From the NCBI GenBank assembly GCA_040756875.1, contig JBFLYH010000001.1, forward strand, positions 1,276,878 through 1,340,877: DNA of 64,000 nucleotides, given 5' to 3'. Shown piece after piece: positions 9,819 to 19,815 of the stretch. Source of the DNA: a candidate division FCPU426 bacterium (GTDB taxonomy: Bacteria > Oederibacteriota > JAAXVQ01 > JAUVAV01). The notes beneath the pieces were generated by a model. That model did no database searches, was not told where the DNA came from, and saw only the letters and a program-made list of their open reading frames with translations. Both the position numbers and the translations under genes were made by a program. Position 1 is the stretch's first letter, and each line of letters begins with the position of its first letter.

Positions 9819-9886
9819 TTAATTCCTTGATCAACCTCCGAGGCTTGGATAAGATGGTGCATCCGCCGGAACTCTTTTAACGACAG

Positions 9887-11275
9887 GTGCAGCAACCTTT
9901 GAAAATTCTGCTCGTTTCCCCCATCAACCGCAGCTACGTGGTCATGCCCAGCCTGGGCCTGGGTTACATTGCCTCAGCCTGCCGCAGCCAGGGGCACCAG
10001 GTCAGCCTGCTGCACTGCCTGCAGGCCAATATGACCTTCGAGGGCTTTGAAGCGTACCTGCGGCAGCACGCCTTCGACGTGATCGCCCTGCAGATGTTTT
10101 CCTTCGACCTGTCGCCCGTGGCGCGCCACCTCGAAATCGCAAAACGCGTCCAGCCCCGGGCGGTCACCGCGGTGGGCGGCTACCATCCTTCCGGCGACCC
10201 CCAGGGCACGCTTGCGGCCCTGCCCCAGGCGGATTTCGGCCTGGCCGGCGAGGCGGAGCTGGGTTTTCCCGCGTTCCTGGCCGCCCTGGATTCCTCCCAT
10301 CCGGCCTTTGCCTCGGTGCCCAACCTGATCTGGCGCGACGGCTCCGCCATCCGCGTGAACCCCGTGCAGGTGGTGGAAAAGCTGGATGAAATCCCGTTCC
10401 CGGCCTGGGACCTGATGGACCCGCGCTCCTATCCCGAGGCGCCGCACGGCGCCTTTTTCAAAAGCTTCCCCACCGCGCCGATCATCTGCACGCGCGGCTG
10501 CCCGTTCAGCTGCACGTTCTGCGCCGGCAAATCCGTCACCACCCGCCGCATCCGCGCGCGCAGCGTGGACAACATCCTGGCGGAAATGCGGCTGCTCATG
10601 TCCGAGTACGACGTGCACGACTTCCTGATCGAGGACGAGAACTTCACGGCCCACCGCAACCTGGTGCGGTCCTTCTGCGAGCGCGTGGTGGAGGAGAACC
10701 TGCGCATCCACTGGAGCTGCCCCTCGGGCGTGCGCCTGGACACCCTGGACGCGGACCTGCTCCGGCTCATGGAGCGTTCGGGCTGCTATTCCCTGTCCGT
10801 GGGCGTGGAGTTCGGCACCCAGCGCATCCACGACCTGACCAGGAAAAAGCTGTCGCTCGGCCTCATCCGCGACAAGCTCAAGCTGCTCCGGGACACCTCG
10901 ATCAAGATCACGGGCTTTTTCCTGTTCGGCATTCCCGGCGAAACCAAGGCCGACATGCTCGAGACCATCCGCTTCGCCCGCTCCCTGGACATCGACCGCG
11001 CGCAGTTCAACAATTTCATGCCCCTGCCCGGCTCGGAAATCTACGAGGACCTGCGCCGCGTTGGCAAGGAGCCCAGGGATTTCGACCACTTCTTCGTGCA
11101 CGACGTGTCCTTCGTCCCAGATGGGATGACCCGCCGGGAAATGAAGAACCTGCAGCGCCGCGCCTACCTGGCTTTCTACCTGCGGCCCAAAATCCTGTGG
11201 CGCTTGGCCCGCGAAATCACCTCGCCCTCGCACTTATACCGCCTGGGCCGGCGCTTCGCGGACGCGTTGCGGTAG
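9887..11275 (+). CDS. B12-binding radical SAM protein (class B methyltransferase-like)
   Basis: SLGLGYIA, GGYHP, GEAE, TRGCPFSCTFC (CxxxCxxC), GVEFG. Confidence 0.9.
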   Translation: MQQPLKILLVSPINRSYVVMPSLGLGYIASACRSQGHQVSLLHCLQANMTFEGFEAYLRQHAFDVIALQMFSFDLSPVARHLEIAKRVQPRAVTAVGGYHPSGDPQGTLAALPQADFGLAGEAELGFPAFLAALDSSHPAFASVPNLIWRDGSAIRVNPVQVVEKLDEIPFPAWDLMDPRSYPEAPHGAFFKSFPTAPIICTRGCPFSCTFCAGKSVTTRRIRARSVDNILAEMRLLMSEYDVHDFLIEDENFTAHRNLVRSFCERVVEENLRIHWSCPSGVRLDTLDADLLRLMERSGCYSLSVGVEFGTQRIHDLTRKKLSLGLIRDKLKLLRDTSIKITGFFLFGIPGETKADMLETIRFARSLDIDRAQFNNFMPLPGSEIYEDLRRVGKEPRDFDHFFVHDVSFVPDGMTRREMKNLQRRAYLAFYLRPKILWRLAREITSPSHLYRLGRRFADALR

Positions 11276-11380
11276 ACATACACGCCGTGTCGCTTGATCG
11301 CTTCCTTATAGTATGAACTCCCCTCCCTTGAGGGGAGGGATCGAGCGTAGGAACATCTTACTCATCCAGCAAGGAGTCGT

Positions 11381-13330
11381 ATGCCTCCCCTGCTCCTGAC
11401 CCTGTTGAGCCTCCTCTGGTTCGCCCTGCTCGCGGCCGGCAGCGCGGGCTGGGGCCGCCTGCTCCTGCGCCAGACCGGGCTCCAACCCAGCGACGTCCCT
11501 GCCGAAGCCGGTCTCAGCCTCGGGCTTGGCCTGATGCTGGTCTCTTACGCCGCGTTCTGCCTCGCCAGCCTGCACCTGTTCACGCCCCTGGCCCTGGGCC
11601 TGCTGACCGCGGCGGCCATGGCCGGTGCGTACTGGCACCTGCGCCTGGGCTGCTGGTGGCTCAATGCGCGCCCGGAAGCCGCGGGGCCGTGGGCCCTCGC
11701 GCTCCTGGCCGGCCTGCTCTTCCTGGCCGCGGCCAATGCCCTGGGTGCGCTGACGCCGGCCTGGGACTGGGACGGCGTGGCCTATCACCTGGCGCTGCCT
11801 AAAATTTACCTCCAGGCCGGCGGCTTTGTCTTCAGGCCGGACATTTACCACAACCTGTTCCCCCAGTTCACGGAGATGCTGTTCGCCCTGGGCTGGTGGT
11901 CGCCCTGGGGCGCGGCAGCCAAGCTGGTTCACTTCGGGTTCGGCCTGCTGGCTGCGGCGGCGGTTTTCAGCCTGGCCCGCGCTTCGCGGCTGGGACAAGC
12001 CGCGCTCCTGGCAGCCGCGTTTTTCTACGCGCAATACCTGGTGCACGTGGAATCCGGCACGGCTTTCATCGATCTGGCCACCGCGGCCTACGCGGCCCTG
12101 GCCCTGCTCAGCCTGCGCCAGGCTGTTTCCTCCGGCCAGGCTGGCTGGCATTACCTGGCTGCCTTGTTCGCGGGCACGGCCGCTGCCACCAAGTGGCACG
12201 GCCTGCTGCTGCTGGCCTGCCTGGCCCTGTGGCAGGCGGCCTGGATCCTGAAAGCGGAAGCCAATACGCTCCGCGCCAGGCTGCGCCGCATCGCGGGCGT
12301 GCTGGTGTGGGGCAGCCTGCCTGTGCTTCCCTACCTGGTCCGCGCCTGGGCCGCGTCCGGCAACCCGGTGTGGCCCCTGGGTTATTCGCTGTTCGGCGGC
12401 AGGTTCTGGGACGCGGACATTGACCGGCTTATGACCGCTTTTGTGGCGGGCTTCTCGGGGCACACGCAGGGCTGGCTCGGATTCCTGCTCCTGCCCTGGG
12501 ACCTGCTGACCGCGGCGCAGGATTTCGGCGTGGGCGCGGCCCAGGCCCGCCTGCCCCTGCTGGGCCTCTTGGCCGCGCTGGCCGGCGGCGTTTGGATCCT
12601 AGCGAACAGACAGGCCAAGGTGCGCTGGCCCTGGCCGCTGTTGGGCCTGGCACTGGGATTAGGTTTTTTAGCGACGTGGTTCTTCAGCTCTCCCCAGTTC
12701 CGCTACCTGCTGCCCCTGTTTCCCCTGCTGGCCTGGCTGGCAGCCGCGATTTGCAGCAAACTGTGGCTGGCGCCCGGACGCCTGGGCAAAGCCTGGGCCG
12801 TGCTGGCCGCGGCCCTGATCCTGGCCGTGCATCCGCCCCTGCACCGCGACACTCTGGAACAGGCGCGGACCGTGGCCGGCCTCGAGGCGCCCGCTGATTT
12901 TCTCGGCCGGCGTTTGGACCATTTTTCCGCCTGCGAGTACCTCAACCACGCGGTCAAGCCGGGCGAGCGCGTGCTGCTGTTCAACGAAAACCGGGGGTTC
13001 TATCTGGACGTGGATTATTTGTGGGGGGACCCGCTGAACCAGAACCTGATTAATTACCGCCGCCTGGATACGGCCCAGGCCTTGCGGCAGCGCCTGGATA
13101 AGTTGGGCGTGCGCTGGGTGCTGGTCCGCCGGGTGGCTGAACCCCGGGAGGATTATTACTCGCGGCGCATTGTCGCCCTGATGGACGGCTGCCTGGCTTT
13201 GGGCAGCGAGCAGCGGTTTGCCAGCGGAGAAGTCGCGGTCTATTTGTTGTCCGCGGCCGCAGCCGCGGGCTTGAGCATGAACAATAACAGCCCGGCCATG
13301 GCCAGGAGCCAGGCCGCGGCCCACAAATAA
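11381..13330 (+). CDS. polytopic GT-C-like (ArnT/PMT-type) glycosyltransferase
   Basis: WDGVAYHL loop motif, many TMs, ATKW, GNPVWP, RYLLP; AAGGAG RBS. Confidence 0.7.
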   Translation: MPPLLLTLLSLLWFALLAAGSAGWGRLLLRQTGLQPSDVPAEAGLSLGLGLMLVSYAAFCLASLHLFTPLALGLLTAAAMAGAYWHLRLGCWWLNARPEAAGPWALALLAGLLFLAAANALGALTPAWDWDGVAYHLALPKIYLQAGGFVFRPDIYHNLFPQFTEMLFALGWWSPWGAAAKLVHFGFGLLAAAAVFSLARASRLGQAALLAAAFFYAQYLVHVESGTAFIDLATAAYAALALLSLRQAVSSGQAGWHYLAALFAGTAAATKWHGLLLLACLALWQAAWILKAEANTLRARLRRIAGVLVWGSLPVLPYLVRAWAASGNPVWPLGYSLFGGRFWDADIDRLMTAFVAGFSGHTQGWLGFLLLPWDLLTAAQDFGVGAAQARLPLLGLLAALAGGVWILANRQAKVRWPWPLLGLALGLGFLATWFFSSPQFRYLLPLFPLLAWLAAAICSKLWLAPGRLGKAWAVLAAALILAVHPPLHRDTLEQARTVAGLEAPADFLGRRLDHFSACEYLNHAVKPGERVLLFNENRGFYLDVDYLWGDPLNQNLINYRRLDTAQALRQRLDKLGVRWVLVRRVAEPREDYYSRRIVALMDGCLALGSEQRFASGEVAVYLLSAAAAAGLSMNNNSPAMARSQAAAHK

Positions 13331-15078
13331 TCCGCCGCTGACGGCGCAGGCATCAGGCTCGGAAAAAGCAGGGGCGCGAATCCCAGTTTCTGCCACAGCA
13401 TTGACTTGGGCGCGGCGTAGCGCAGCATAGGCCAGGCTGCGCTGATCCAGGCCAGGCCGATCCCGGCCCCCACCCACAACCCGGCCAGCCATTTCCACCC
13501 CGGCCTCACGGCCTTCCAGCCCAGGGGCACCAGGGGCAGGCACAGGATCACGGCCACGATCATCTGACGGCTGAAGACCGCGGCGCTCCCCGTATAATCG
13601 TCGAACACGATGAACAGCAGGTACTGGACCAGGAACACCGCGGCCACCACCACGGCTGACCGCAGGTTGGTGCGGCGCAGGCGCAGCCAGCCGGGAACCG
13701 CCAGGAGCAGGGCGGGCGCAGTGGCCAGCACGCCGAAGTCCCGGTCCACGAGCAGCCCCAGGGCATTGCGCAGGCTGCGAAGCGACCACGGAAAAGCCCA
13801 CACCCCCTCCGGGCTGTCGACCCACAGCCGGTAGGGATTGGCGCCCGGCGTGAAGCCGTAGTAGGAATGGAAGAACACATAGTAGCCCCATCCGGAAAGG
13901 CCCAGGAGCGCGACCGCAGCCGCCAAATCCGCGATCGTTGCCCTGGGCGTGGTCGGCAGCAGCAGGGTCAGCAAAACCGCCAGGGGGATGTACTTGGGAT
14001 AAATCCAAGGCAGGACCGCGATGGCCAGGGCCAGCAGCAAGGTGCCGCGCGATCCGCCGCGGTGCCAGCCCCACAGGCCCAGGATAAGCATGAGGGCCGC
14101 CGGCAATTCAGGATAAATCAGGTCGAAATAAACGGCCAGCGGCACGCTGACCACGGCCAGGAGCCATGACCACAAGGCCGTAGGCTTGTCGCTGCCCCAA
14201 CCCCGGGAAAAAACGTACACCCCCGTCGCGGCGGCCGCGGCCATCAGGCAGACCACCAGCACGGCGCCGAAGCGGCCCAGCAGCATGAAGCCCGGCAGGA
14301 TCAGGATGGACAGCAGCGGAAAGTGGTTGGAAATGGCCTGGTCCGTGCGGCCGGTGGACAGGTGGCGGTCCAGGGTCCCGGTTGGATAGTAGGCGCGGTA
14401 ATCCGCGCGCGTGTAATTGTCGTTCAGGTCGATGTCCCCTTCTGACAGGAGGCTCTGACTCATCAGCAGGTAATGCGGTTCGTCGCCGGTCGGAGGGTAC
14501 ACCAGGGTGGTCCAGCAGGACAAAAGCACGAAGAAAACCGCGGCCGCGCCAAACAACACGGGCAGGCGCACGTTCATCCGGTCTTCAGCACCTTCGTATT
14601 TCCGCAGGAAAAGCCGCACGCCGAAGATCATTTTCAGAAAAACGGTCAGCGTCAGCCAGGGGCCGGCCCACAACAGCAGCAGGTACCCGGCCGGAGCCAT
14701 GCGGTAGTGTCCGGCCGGCCGCCAGAAAGGAAACAGGTTGCCCAAAACGTCCATCTGCAGCCCGCTCCCCCAGGCCGCCAGCCAGGGGTAGGCCAGCAAA
14801 CCCGCGGGCAGCAGAAGAAAGGGCAAATCCAGCCAGGCAGCCAGGCGGCCTGCCCGCTCGGGCGCCAGCCCCAGCCAGCGGGTGCCGGCCCAAAACGTCA
14901 GGGCCTGGCTGATGCCGCACACTGACATCCCCAAGCCGAAGGCCAGCAGCCACCCCGCAGCCCCGGGCCAGGCCAAATGCCGGGGAAACCCGGCTGCCCA
15001 GGTGCCGTAAAACCCGGACGCATAGACGGCGGCAGCCAGGCCGTAAAGGATGGTCAGGTGGGAGAAGCGGAACCGCAT
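13240..15078 (-). CDS. polytopic GT-C-like membrane protein
   Basis: GDEPHYL acidic loop motif, YPE, DRDFGVL; many TMs. 3' end overlaps the convergent gene by 91 bp. Confidence 0.7.
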   Translation of the reverse strand: MRFRFSHLTILYGLAAAVYASGFYGTWAAGFPRHLAWPGAAGWLLAFGLGMSVCGISQALTFWAGTRWLGLAPERAGRLAAWLDLPFLLLPAGLLAYPWLAAWGSGLQMDVLGNLFPFWRPAGHYRMAPAGYLLLLWAGPWLTLTVFLKMIFGVRLFLRKYEGAEDRMNVRLPVLFGAAAVFFVLLSCWTTLVYPPTGDEPHYLLMSQSLLSEGDIDLNDNYTRADYRAYYPTGTLDRHLSTGRTDQAISNHFPLLSILILPGFMLLGRFGAVLVVCLMAAAAATGVYVFSRGWGSDKPTALWSWLLAVVSVPLAVYFDLIYPELPAALMLILGLWGWHRGGSRGTLLLALAIAVLPWIYPKYIPLAVLLTLLLPTTPRATIADLAAAVALLGLSGWGYYVFFHSYYGFTPGANPYRLWVDSPEGVWAFPWSLRSLRNALGLLVDRDFGVLATAPALLLAVPGWLRLRRTNLRSAVVVAAVFLVQYLLFIVFDDYTGSAAVFSRQMIVAVILCLPLVPLGWKAVRPGWKWLAGLWVGAGIGLAWISAAWPMLRYAAPKSMLWQKLGFAPLLFPSLMPAPSAADYLWAAAWLLAMAGLLLFMLKPAAAAADNK

Positions 15079-15085
15079 GCCTGGT

Positions 15086-16921
15086 TTAAATTTTTAGGGA
15101 TCGGCGGCCAGGGCCAAGGGCGCGGTGGGCTGACCACGCCAGCCAGATAGCGGCCAGGATGATCGCGCCGCTGAGCAGCAGTTCCCAGCGCAGCAGGCGC
15201 GGGACAAAGGACGGCAGCAGGCTGTAGAACGCGCCCCAGGGCGCGAAGATTTCGCCCAGGCGCAGGCGGCTGCTTTCCCAGGTCAGGGGCGGCAGCAGCG
15301 CGAACAACACGGCCATGCCGATGCTCCAGCCGCCGAGCGCGTAGAGGACGCGCCGCCAGGTCTGCGGGACCGCGTCGCTTTCCCACCACCAGGCCAGGCC
15401 CAGGCCCAGCAGCGGCACCACGGGAGCCACGAAACGGTGATAGGCCGCGCCGTCGCCCCAGGGGTCGGGAAAACTCATGGCCGTCAGGACGGCGTTGATG
15501 AACAGCAGGGCCACGGCCGCGACCAGGATGCGCCCGGTCCCGGACCACAGGCGGAGCAGGCCGGACAGGCCCAGGACCCAGACCGGCGCGGTCCACAGAA
15601 TGCCGCTGAAGCGGTCGGTCAACAGGCCCAGCAGGTTCTGCGCGGCGCCGGCCTGCCAGGGCCACATGAGATGATACACCGGATGCCCGAGCAGGAATCC
15701 GTAAATGGAGGAAAAGAACCAGCCCGCGAACACCCCGGGCACCGCGGCCACGACCAGGGCCGCCGGATAATGGATGGTGCGCTGGCGGCAGGCCAGGCGC
15801 CAGGCTAGCACGGCCATGAGCACCGCAGCCGGCGCCACAAACCGGATGCCGCCAAGGAGCAGCAGACCCGAAACCAGGCCCACAGCCGAAGCCGAGGCCG
15901 CGGACGGCTCTTCCTTCCAGGCCAGGCGCAGGCCCCACAGCATGAAGAAGGCGCCGGCCGCGACTTCATATTCAAGGTAGCCGTAGAGCGCCAACGGCAG
16001 GGTGAGCAGGGCCAGGGCCCAGGTCCTGATGCTGCTGCGCTCCGAAAAACCCAGGTCCCGGCAAAAACCGAACAGCTGCGCCGCGGCGCCGGCCGCGAAC
16101 AGCATGGACAGCACGGACATGAGCCAGCGGCCCTGGATCAGGTACAGCAGCAGGAACAGGATGGGCATGCCGGGCGCCGTGGCCAGGTACAGCCGGCCGA
16201 TGCCGTCCGTGTGGCCGTTGAACTCGATGTGCGTGAGGGGGTACCAATCCCGGTAATCCCTGCGGCCGAGCACGCCGTCCACGTTCAGGCTGCTGTCCAT
16301 GGCGATGGATTGCATGAGCAGAAGCTGGGAACGCTCGCCGCCCTGCGGAGCCAGCATGCACGCGGGCCAGGACAGCACGGCCAGGTAGATCAGGACGCCC
16401 GCGGCGAACAGGCGGCCGGCGGTGACGCGTTCAGGATCCGCGGCCAGCAGGCGCGCCACCAGCAGGCCCATTTTGGCCAGGGCCGCGCCCACGATCAGGA
16501 CCCCGGAGGCCAGCAGCACGCTTTTGGCCGCGGCGGACAGCACCACGCCATGGCCCCACCACGGCAGCCAGGTGAAACCGAGCAGGGTCAGGGAAAACGG
16601 TTTGAACGCCGCCGCCAGCCAGGGCGCCAGGGGAATGATCAGCGGCAGCAGGGCCAGAGGCAGGCCGGCCAGCATGTCCTGAAAGCGGTAGTCTTCGGCT
16701 TCCCAGCCGTATTTCAATTCCAGGCGCCAGGCCAGGACGAACGACCAGGTTGCCAGCAGGCCGGACAGGCACACGGCCTTGAAAATGCCCCAGGCCAGGC
16801 TTCCGGTTCCAAAGGCCAGCGCATTGAACCATTCCCACCAGGTGGCCAGGCCCACAGCCTGAATGATTACACCGGCCATGAACAACGCAGGTCGGGGACG
16901 AAGCTGCATGAGGTTCACCAT
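15086..16921 (-). CDS. polytopic GT-C-like membrane protein, paralog of 13240-15078
   Basis: Colinear motifs (QS...DYR.WYP, GLLTDRFSGIL, RFVAP), but GDEPHY is replaced by GGERSQ. Confidence 0.65.
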   Translation of the reverse strand: MVNLMQLRPRPALFMAGVIIQAVGLATWWEWFNALAFGTGSLAWGIFKAVCLSGLLATWSFVLAWRLELKYGWEAEDYRFQDMLAGLPLALLPLIIPLAPWLAAAFKPFSLTLLGFTWLPWWGHGVVLSAAAKSVLLASGVLIVGAALAKMGLLVARLLAADPERVTAGRLFAAGVLIYLAVLSWPACMLAPQGGERSQLLLMQSIAMDSSLNVDGVLGRRDYRDWYPLTHIEFNGHTDGIGRLYLATAPGMPILFLLLYLIQGRWLMSVLSMLFAAGAAAQLFGFCRDLGFSERSSIRTWALALLTLPLALYGYLEYEVAAGAFFMLWGLRLAWKEEPSAASASAVGLVSGLLLLGGIRFVAPAAVLMAVLAWRLACRQRTIHYPAALVVAAVPGVFAGWFFSSIYGFLLGHPVYHLMWPWQAGAAQNLLGLLTDRFSGILWTAPVWVLGLSGLLRLWSGTGRILVAAVALLFINAVLTAMSFPDPWGDGAAYHRFVAPVVPLLGLGLAWWWESDAVPQTWRRVLYALGGWSIGMAVLFALLPPLTWESSRLRLGEIFAPWGAFYSLLPSFVPRLLRWELLLSGAIILAAIWLAWSAHRALGPGRRSLKI

Positions 16922-19815
16922 CCTCGGAGGTTGATGTATTTATATATCGTTACTGCCTCGTTGGCGAAAACCGGCTTAAGCGGCACCCCGGCCGGATCGA
17001 ACGGCAGCGTCCGGCTCGCATCCAGAATAACATAAGTGATGCCCGCTTTTTCGAGAAAATCACGCGCCTCCACCACATTGGCCGAGAGGTAGAAATGCCT
17101 GGCCGCGGCCATCCGTTCCTTGACCGGGTGCCCCATGATCTGCGAGGACACCGTGTCCTCGAGATAGGTGTTGGTAAAAGCCAGGCTCGCCACCAGAGCC
17201 GAATCCGGCCATAAATACCCGCCTGCAGAGGCGGCAGCCGCTTCCCTGGCCGCGGGTTCAGGCTCTGCGGTGGCAGCCGGCGTGGCAGCCGGCGTGGCAG
17301 CAGGCGTGGCAGCAGGCTGCGGAGTGGCCGTGGCAGCCAGAACCACGGCTGCAGGCTGGTTCCGCAAGCGCTCCAGTTGGTCCTGCACCCCGGCCAGGGA
17401 GCGTTCGACGGACCGCTGCTTGCGCTCCAGTCTCTGCACGGCTTCCTGTGCCCGCTGTTTCGCTTGCGCCACGGCCTCGGCGCGGCGCTGGGCGTTTTGC
17501 AGGGGCGTGGCTTTCGTCGGGACCGGCGTGGGCCTGGGGGCAACAACCGCTTCAGCGGTTTCCGTACTGCCCTGCGGCGCGCTGGCTTCGGCTTCTGCGC
17601 TGGCTTCGGCCGCCGGTTCTGGCTGGGATTCATCCTCTGGCCCGGCCGTTGCTTCGGCACCCGGCTCAGGGGCCGTAGCGGGTGCAGGCTCCGATTCCGC
17701 GCCCTCAGGCGCCGGGGAGGCGGGCTCCGGCGCCTGCTCCTCGGCAGGAGCCGCGCGTTTGAGCGCTTCGACCTGGCGCCTGGCCGCCTGGTCCGCGGTT
17801 TCCGCGGTTTCCAAATCCTGCCGGGCCTGGTTCAAATCCCTCTCCACCCGGACCTGCCGGTTCTGCCATTCCGTCTTCTGCGCCATGAGGTCGGCCAGTT
17901 TGAGTTCGACCTCCGCGGGCGTTTGCGCCATGGGGGCCGGTGTCGGCGCCAGCGAGGGAACTTGGGTCGGCGCCAGGGTGGGAGCCGGGGTCGGCATCGG
18001 CGCCGCGGCTTGAGCGACCCCGGTCTGTCCCTGGGCCATGGCCGTGGCCTCGGCGTTCCACACGTCGAGCGAAGTCATGGCGCCGCGCTCCTGGTTGCGC
18101 AGCCATTGCCGGTAGCCGTCGGCCGTCAGCAACGCGTTCGGCAGCGGCCGCAGGATCACTTCCTGCGGCCTGGCTTCCCGCCTCAGCCACAGCATGGCTT
18201 CGGCCAGGGGCTTGGGCACGTCCTCCTTGAACCCGATCACGATCCACGCTTCGATCAGGCCCGGCGCGCCCAGGGCGAAGAACAAGCCGGCCAGAACCAA
18301 ATGCCAGGGCTTGGCCAGGCTGGACATCCACGACCACAGGGCCGAAGCCGCGGGCAGGGCCGTGATCAGCGCGGCGTAGTAGAAAAACTGGATGGTGTTC
18401 CACTGTACGCCCCGCTGCACGAACAGCAGGGGCGCGGCCCAGGCCGCCAGCACCAGCATCAGCATGAACAGGAGCACGGGCTCGGCGCGGCGCGGCTTGC
18501 GCACGACTTCCATCATGGGCAGCAGGCCCAGCACCCGCACGCCCAGGTTCCCCACCAGGAACACCACGGCCAGCACGGCCAGGAGCAGGGCCACGAGCCA
18601 GGGGTAATGCGCGTACAGGAGCTTGAGCGTGGCCGACGACATCAGGGCCATGCGGTCCGGCGCCACCAGCATGGTGGCCACGTTGAACCCGGGCAGGAAC
18701 CGCACCAGCGAGGGCGCGCCCGCGTTCGGCGGCAGGAACACGGCCAGGAACACGGGCAGGATCGCGGCCCAGGCCCATAGGGGCCGCAGGTCGCGGTTGA
18801 ACCACCAGCGCCAGGCGGCCGTGGCCAGGAGCGCGCTCATGACCAGGAGCGCGGGATACACCTTGAAGCCGGGCAGCACGCCCCAATACAGCACCAGCAG
18901 CGGCAGCCAGCGCCATTCGCGCGAGCGCAGCCAGCCGGTCAGGGCCCACAGGCCGAGCAGCACGAAGGCAAAAGACGAGGACACGCCGGGATTGAAGATC
19001 ATGGTGACCGGCGACTGGACCCAGAAGACCGCGTCCCAGTAGAAGTAGTGGCTCGCGCCGAACAGCAGGGGCATGATGTAGCCGAAATTGGAGCAGAACA
19101 GCGTGATGGCCGCGGCCAGGTAGGCCACGGGCCGCCGGCCGGACCAGCGCAGGCCGGCCGCGAACACCGAGAGCGTGAGCAGGGCCGAATACAGCATGGG
19201 CGCGAAGCGGAAGTAGCAGTGCCACGGGTCCAGGGGCAGGAACCGCCGGAACGCGCCCCAGACCAGCGAGGACAGCAGGTGGTAGTTGCGCAGGGGTTCG
19301 CCGGCAAACCCGGGCATTTCCGGCGGGAAGCGGCGGTTGAGCTGGAAGATGTTGAAGATGTGCCAGGGCGCGTCGTGCCCGTGCCAGGCCATGAGGCTGC
19401 CGCCGTTCGCCCCGATCCAGCCCGTGGCCACGGTGAACCGGCCCTGGGCTAGGAGCCCGGCCAGGAGCAGCAGGCCGAGCGGCCAGTAATCCGCAAGCGT
19501 CTGGGGGCGCGGCACGTCCGGGTCCACGGGCTCCAACCGCCAGTCCCGGCGGAACAGGACCAGCAGGGTCAGTTCCGCAGCCGCGGCGCCCAGGCCGTAC
19601 ACCCACACCAGGCCCGGAAGCCCGATCAGGTTAAAGCACCAGTACAGGAGCGCGAGCAGGCCCAGCCCGGCCACCCAGGCATTGGCGAATTCCTCCACCG
19701 GGTTGAGGTCCAGCTTGAGGAAGCGCAGCAACAGCCGGCCGGGCAGGTACAGCAAGCCGGTTGCCAGCACGGCCGCGCCGATAAGCTGCCACAGGAAGGA
19801 GCCGGCGGTCATCAT
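16915..19815 (-). CDS. large membrane protein (GT-C-like N-terminus) with a coiled-coil/Pro-Ala-Glu insertion
   Basis: Start at 19815 from the ATGA overlap. HDAPWH...PPEMPGFAG.PLRNYH, GFKVY, WNTIQFFYY, and C-terminal GITYVI...VF.NE.V.IY. Confidence 0.7.
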   Translation of the reverse strand: MMTAGSFLWQLIGAAVLATGLLYLPGRLLLRFLKLDLNPVEEFANAWVAGLGLLALLYWCFNLIGLPGLVWVYGLGAAAAELTLLVLFRRDWRLEPVDPDVPRPQTLADYWPLGLLLLAGLLAQGRFTVATGWIGANGGSLMAWHGHDAPWHIFNIFQLNRRFPPEMPGFAGEPLRNYHLLSSLVWGAFRRFLPLDPWHCYFRFAPMLYSALLTLSVFAAGLRWSGRRPVAYLAAAITLFCSNFGYIMPLLFGASHYFYWDAVFWVQSPVTMIFNPGVSSSFAFVLLGLWALTGWLRSREWRWLPLLVLYWGVLPGFKVYPALLVMSALLATAAWRWWFNRDLRPLWAWAAILPVFLAVFLPPNAGAPSLVRFLPGFNVATMLVAPDRMALMSSATLKLLYAHYPWLVALLLAVLAVVFLVGNLGVRVLGLLPMMEVVRKPRRAEPVLLFMLMLVLAAWAAPLLFVQRGVQWNTIQFFYYAALITALPAASALWSWMSSLAKPWHLVLAGLFFALGAPGLIEAWIVIGFKEDVPKPLAEAMLWLRREARPQEVILRPLPNALLTADGYRQWLRNQERGAMTSLDVWNAEATAMAQGQTGVAQAAAPMPTPAPTLAPTQVPSLAPTPAPMAQTPAEVELKLADLMAQKTEWQNRQVRVERDLNQARQDLETAETADQAARRQVEALKRAAPAEEQAPEPASPAPEGAESEPAPATAPEPGAEATAGPEDESQPEPAAEASAEAEASAPQGSTETAEAVVAPRPTPVPTKATPLQNAQRRAEAVAQAKQRAQEAVQRLERKQRSVERSLAGVQDQLERLRNQPAAVVLAATATPQPAATPAATPAATPAATAEPEPAAREAAAASAGGYLWPDSALVASLAFTNTYLEDTVSSQIMGHPVKERMAAARHFYLSANVVEARDFLEKAGITYVILDASRTLPFDPAGVPLKPVFANEAVTIYKYINLRGW
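17270..17317. repeat. 4 x 12-bp in-frame tandem repeat encoding PAAT
   Basis: GTGGCAGCCGGC twice, then GTGGCAGCAGGC twice. Confidence 0.85.

Noticed and set aside
11318-11337. CTCCCCTC/GAGGGGAG hairpin as a terminator
   Set aside because: No U-tract and only one copy in the window. It may be another REP-like remnant, but the evidence is insufficient.
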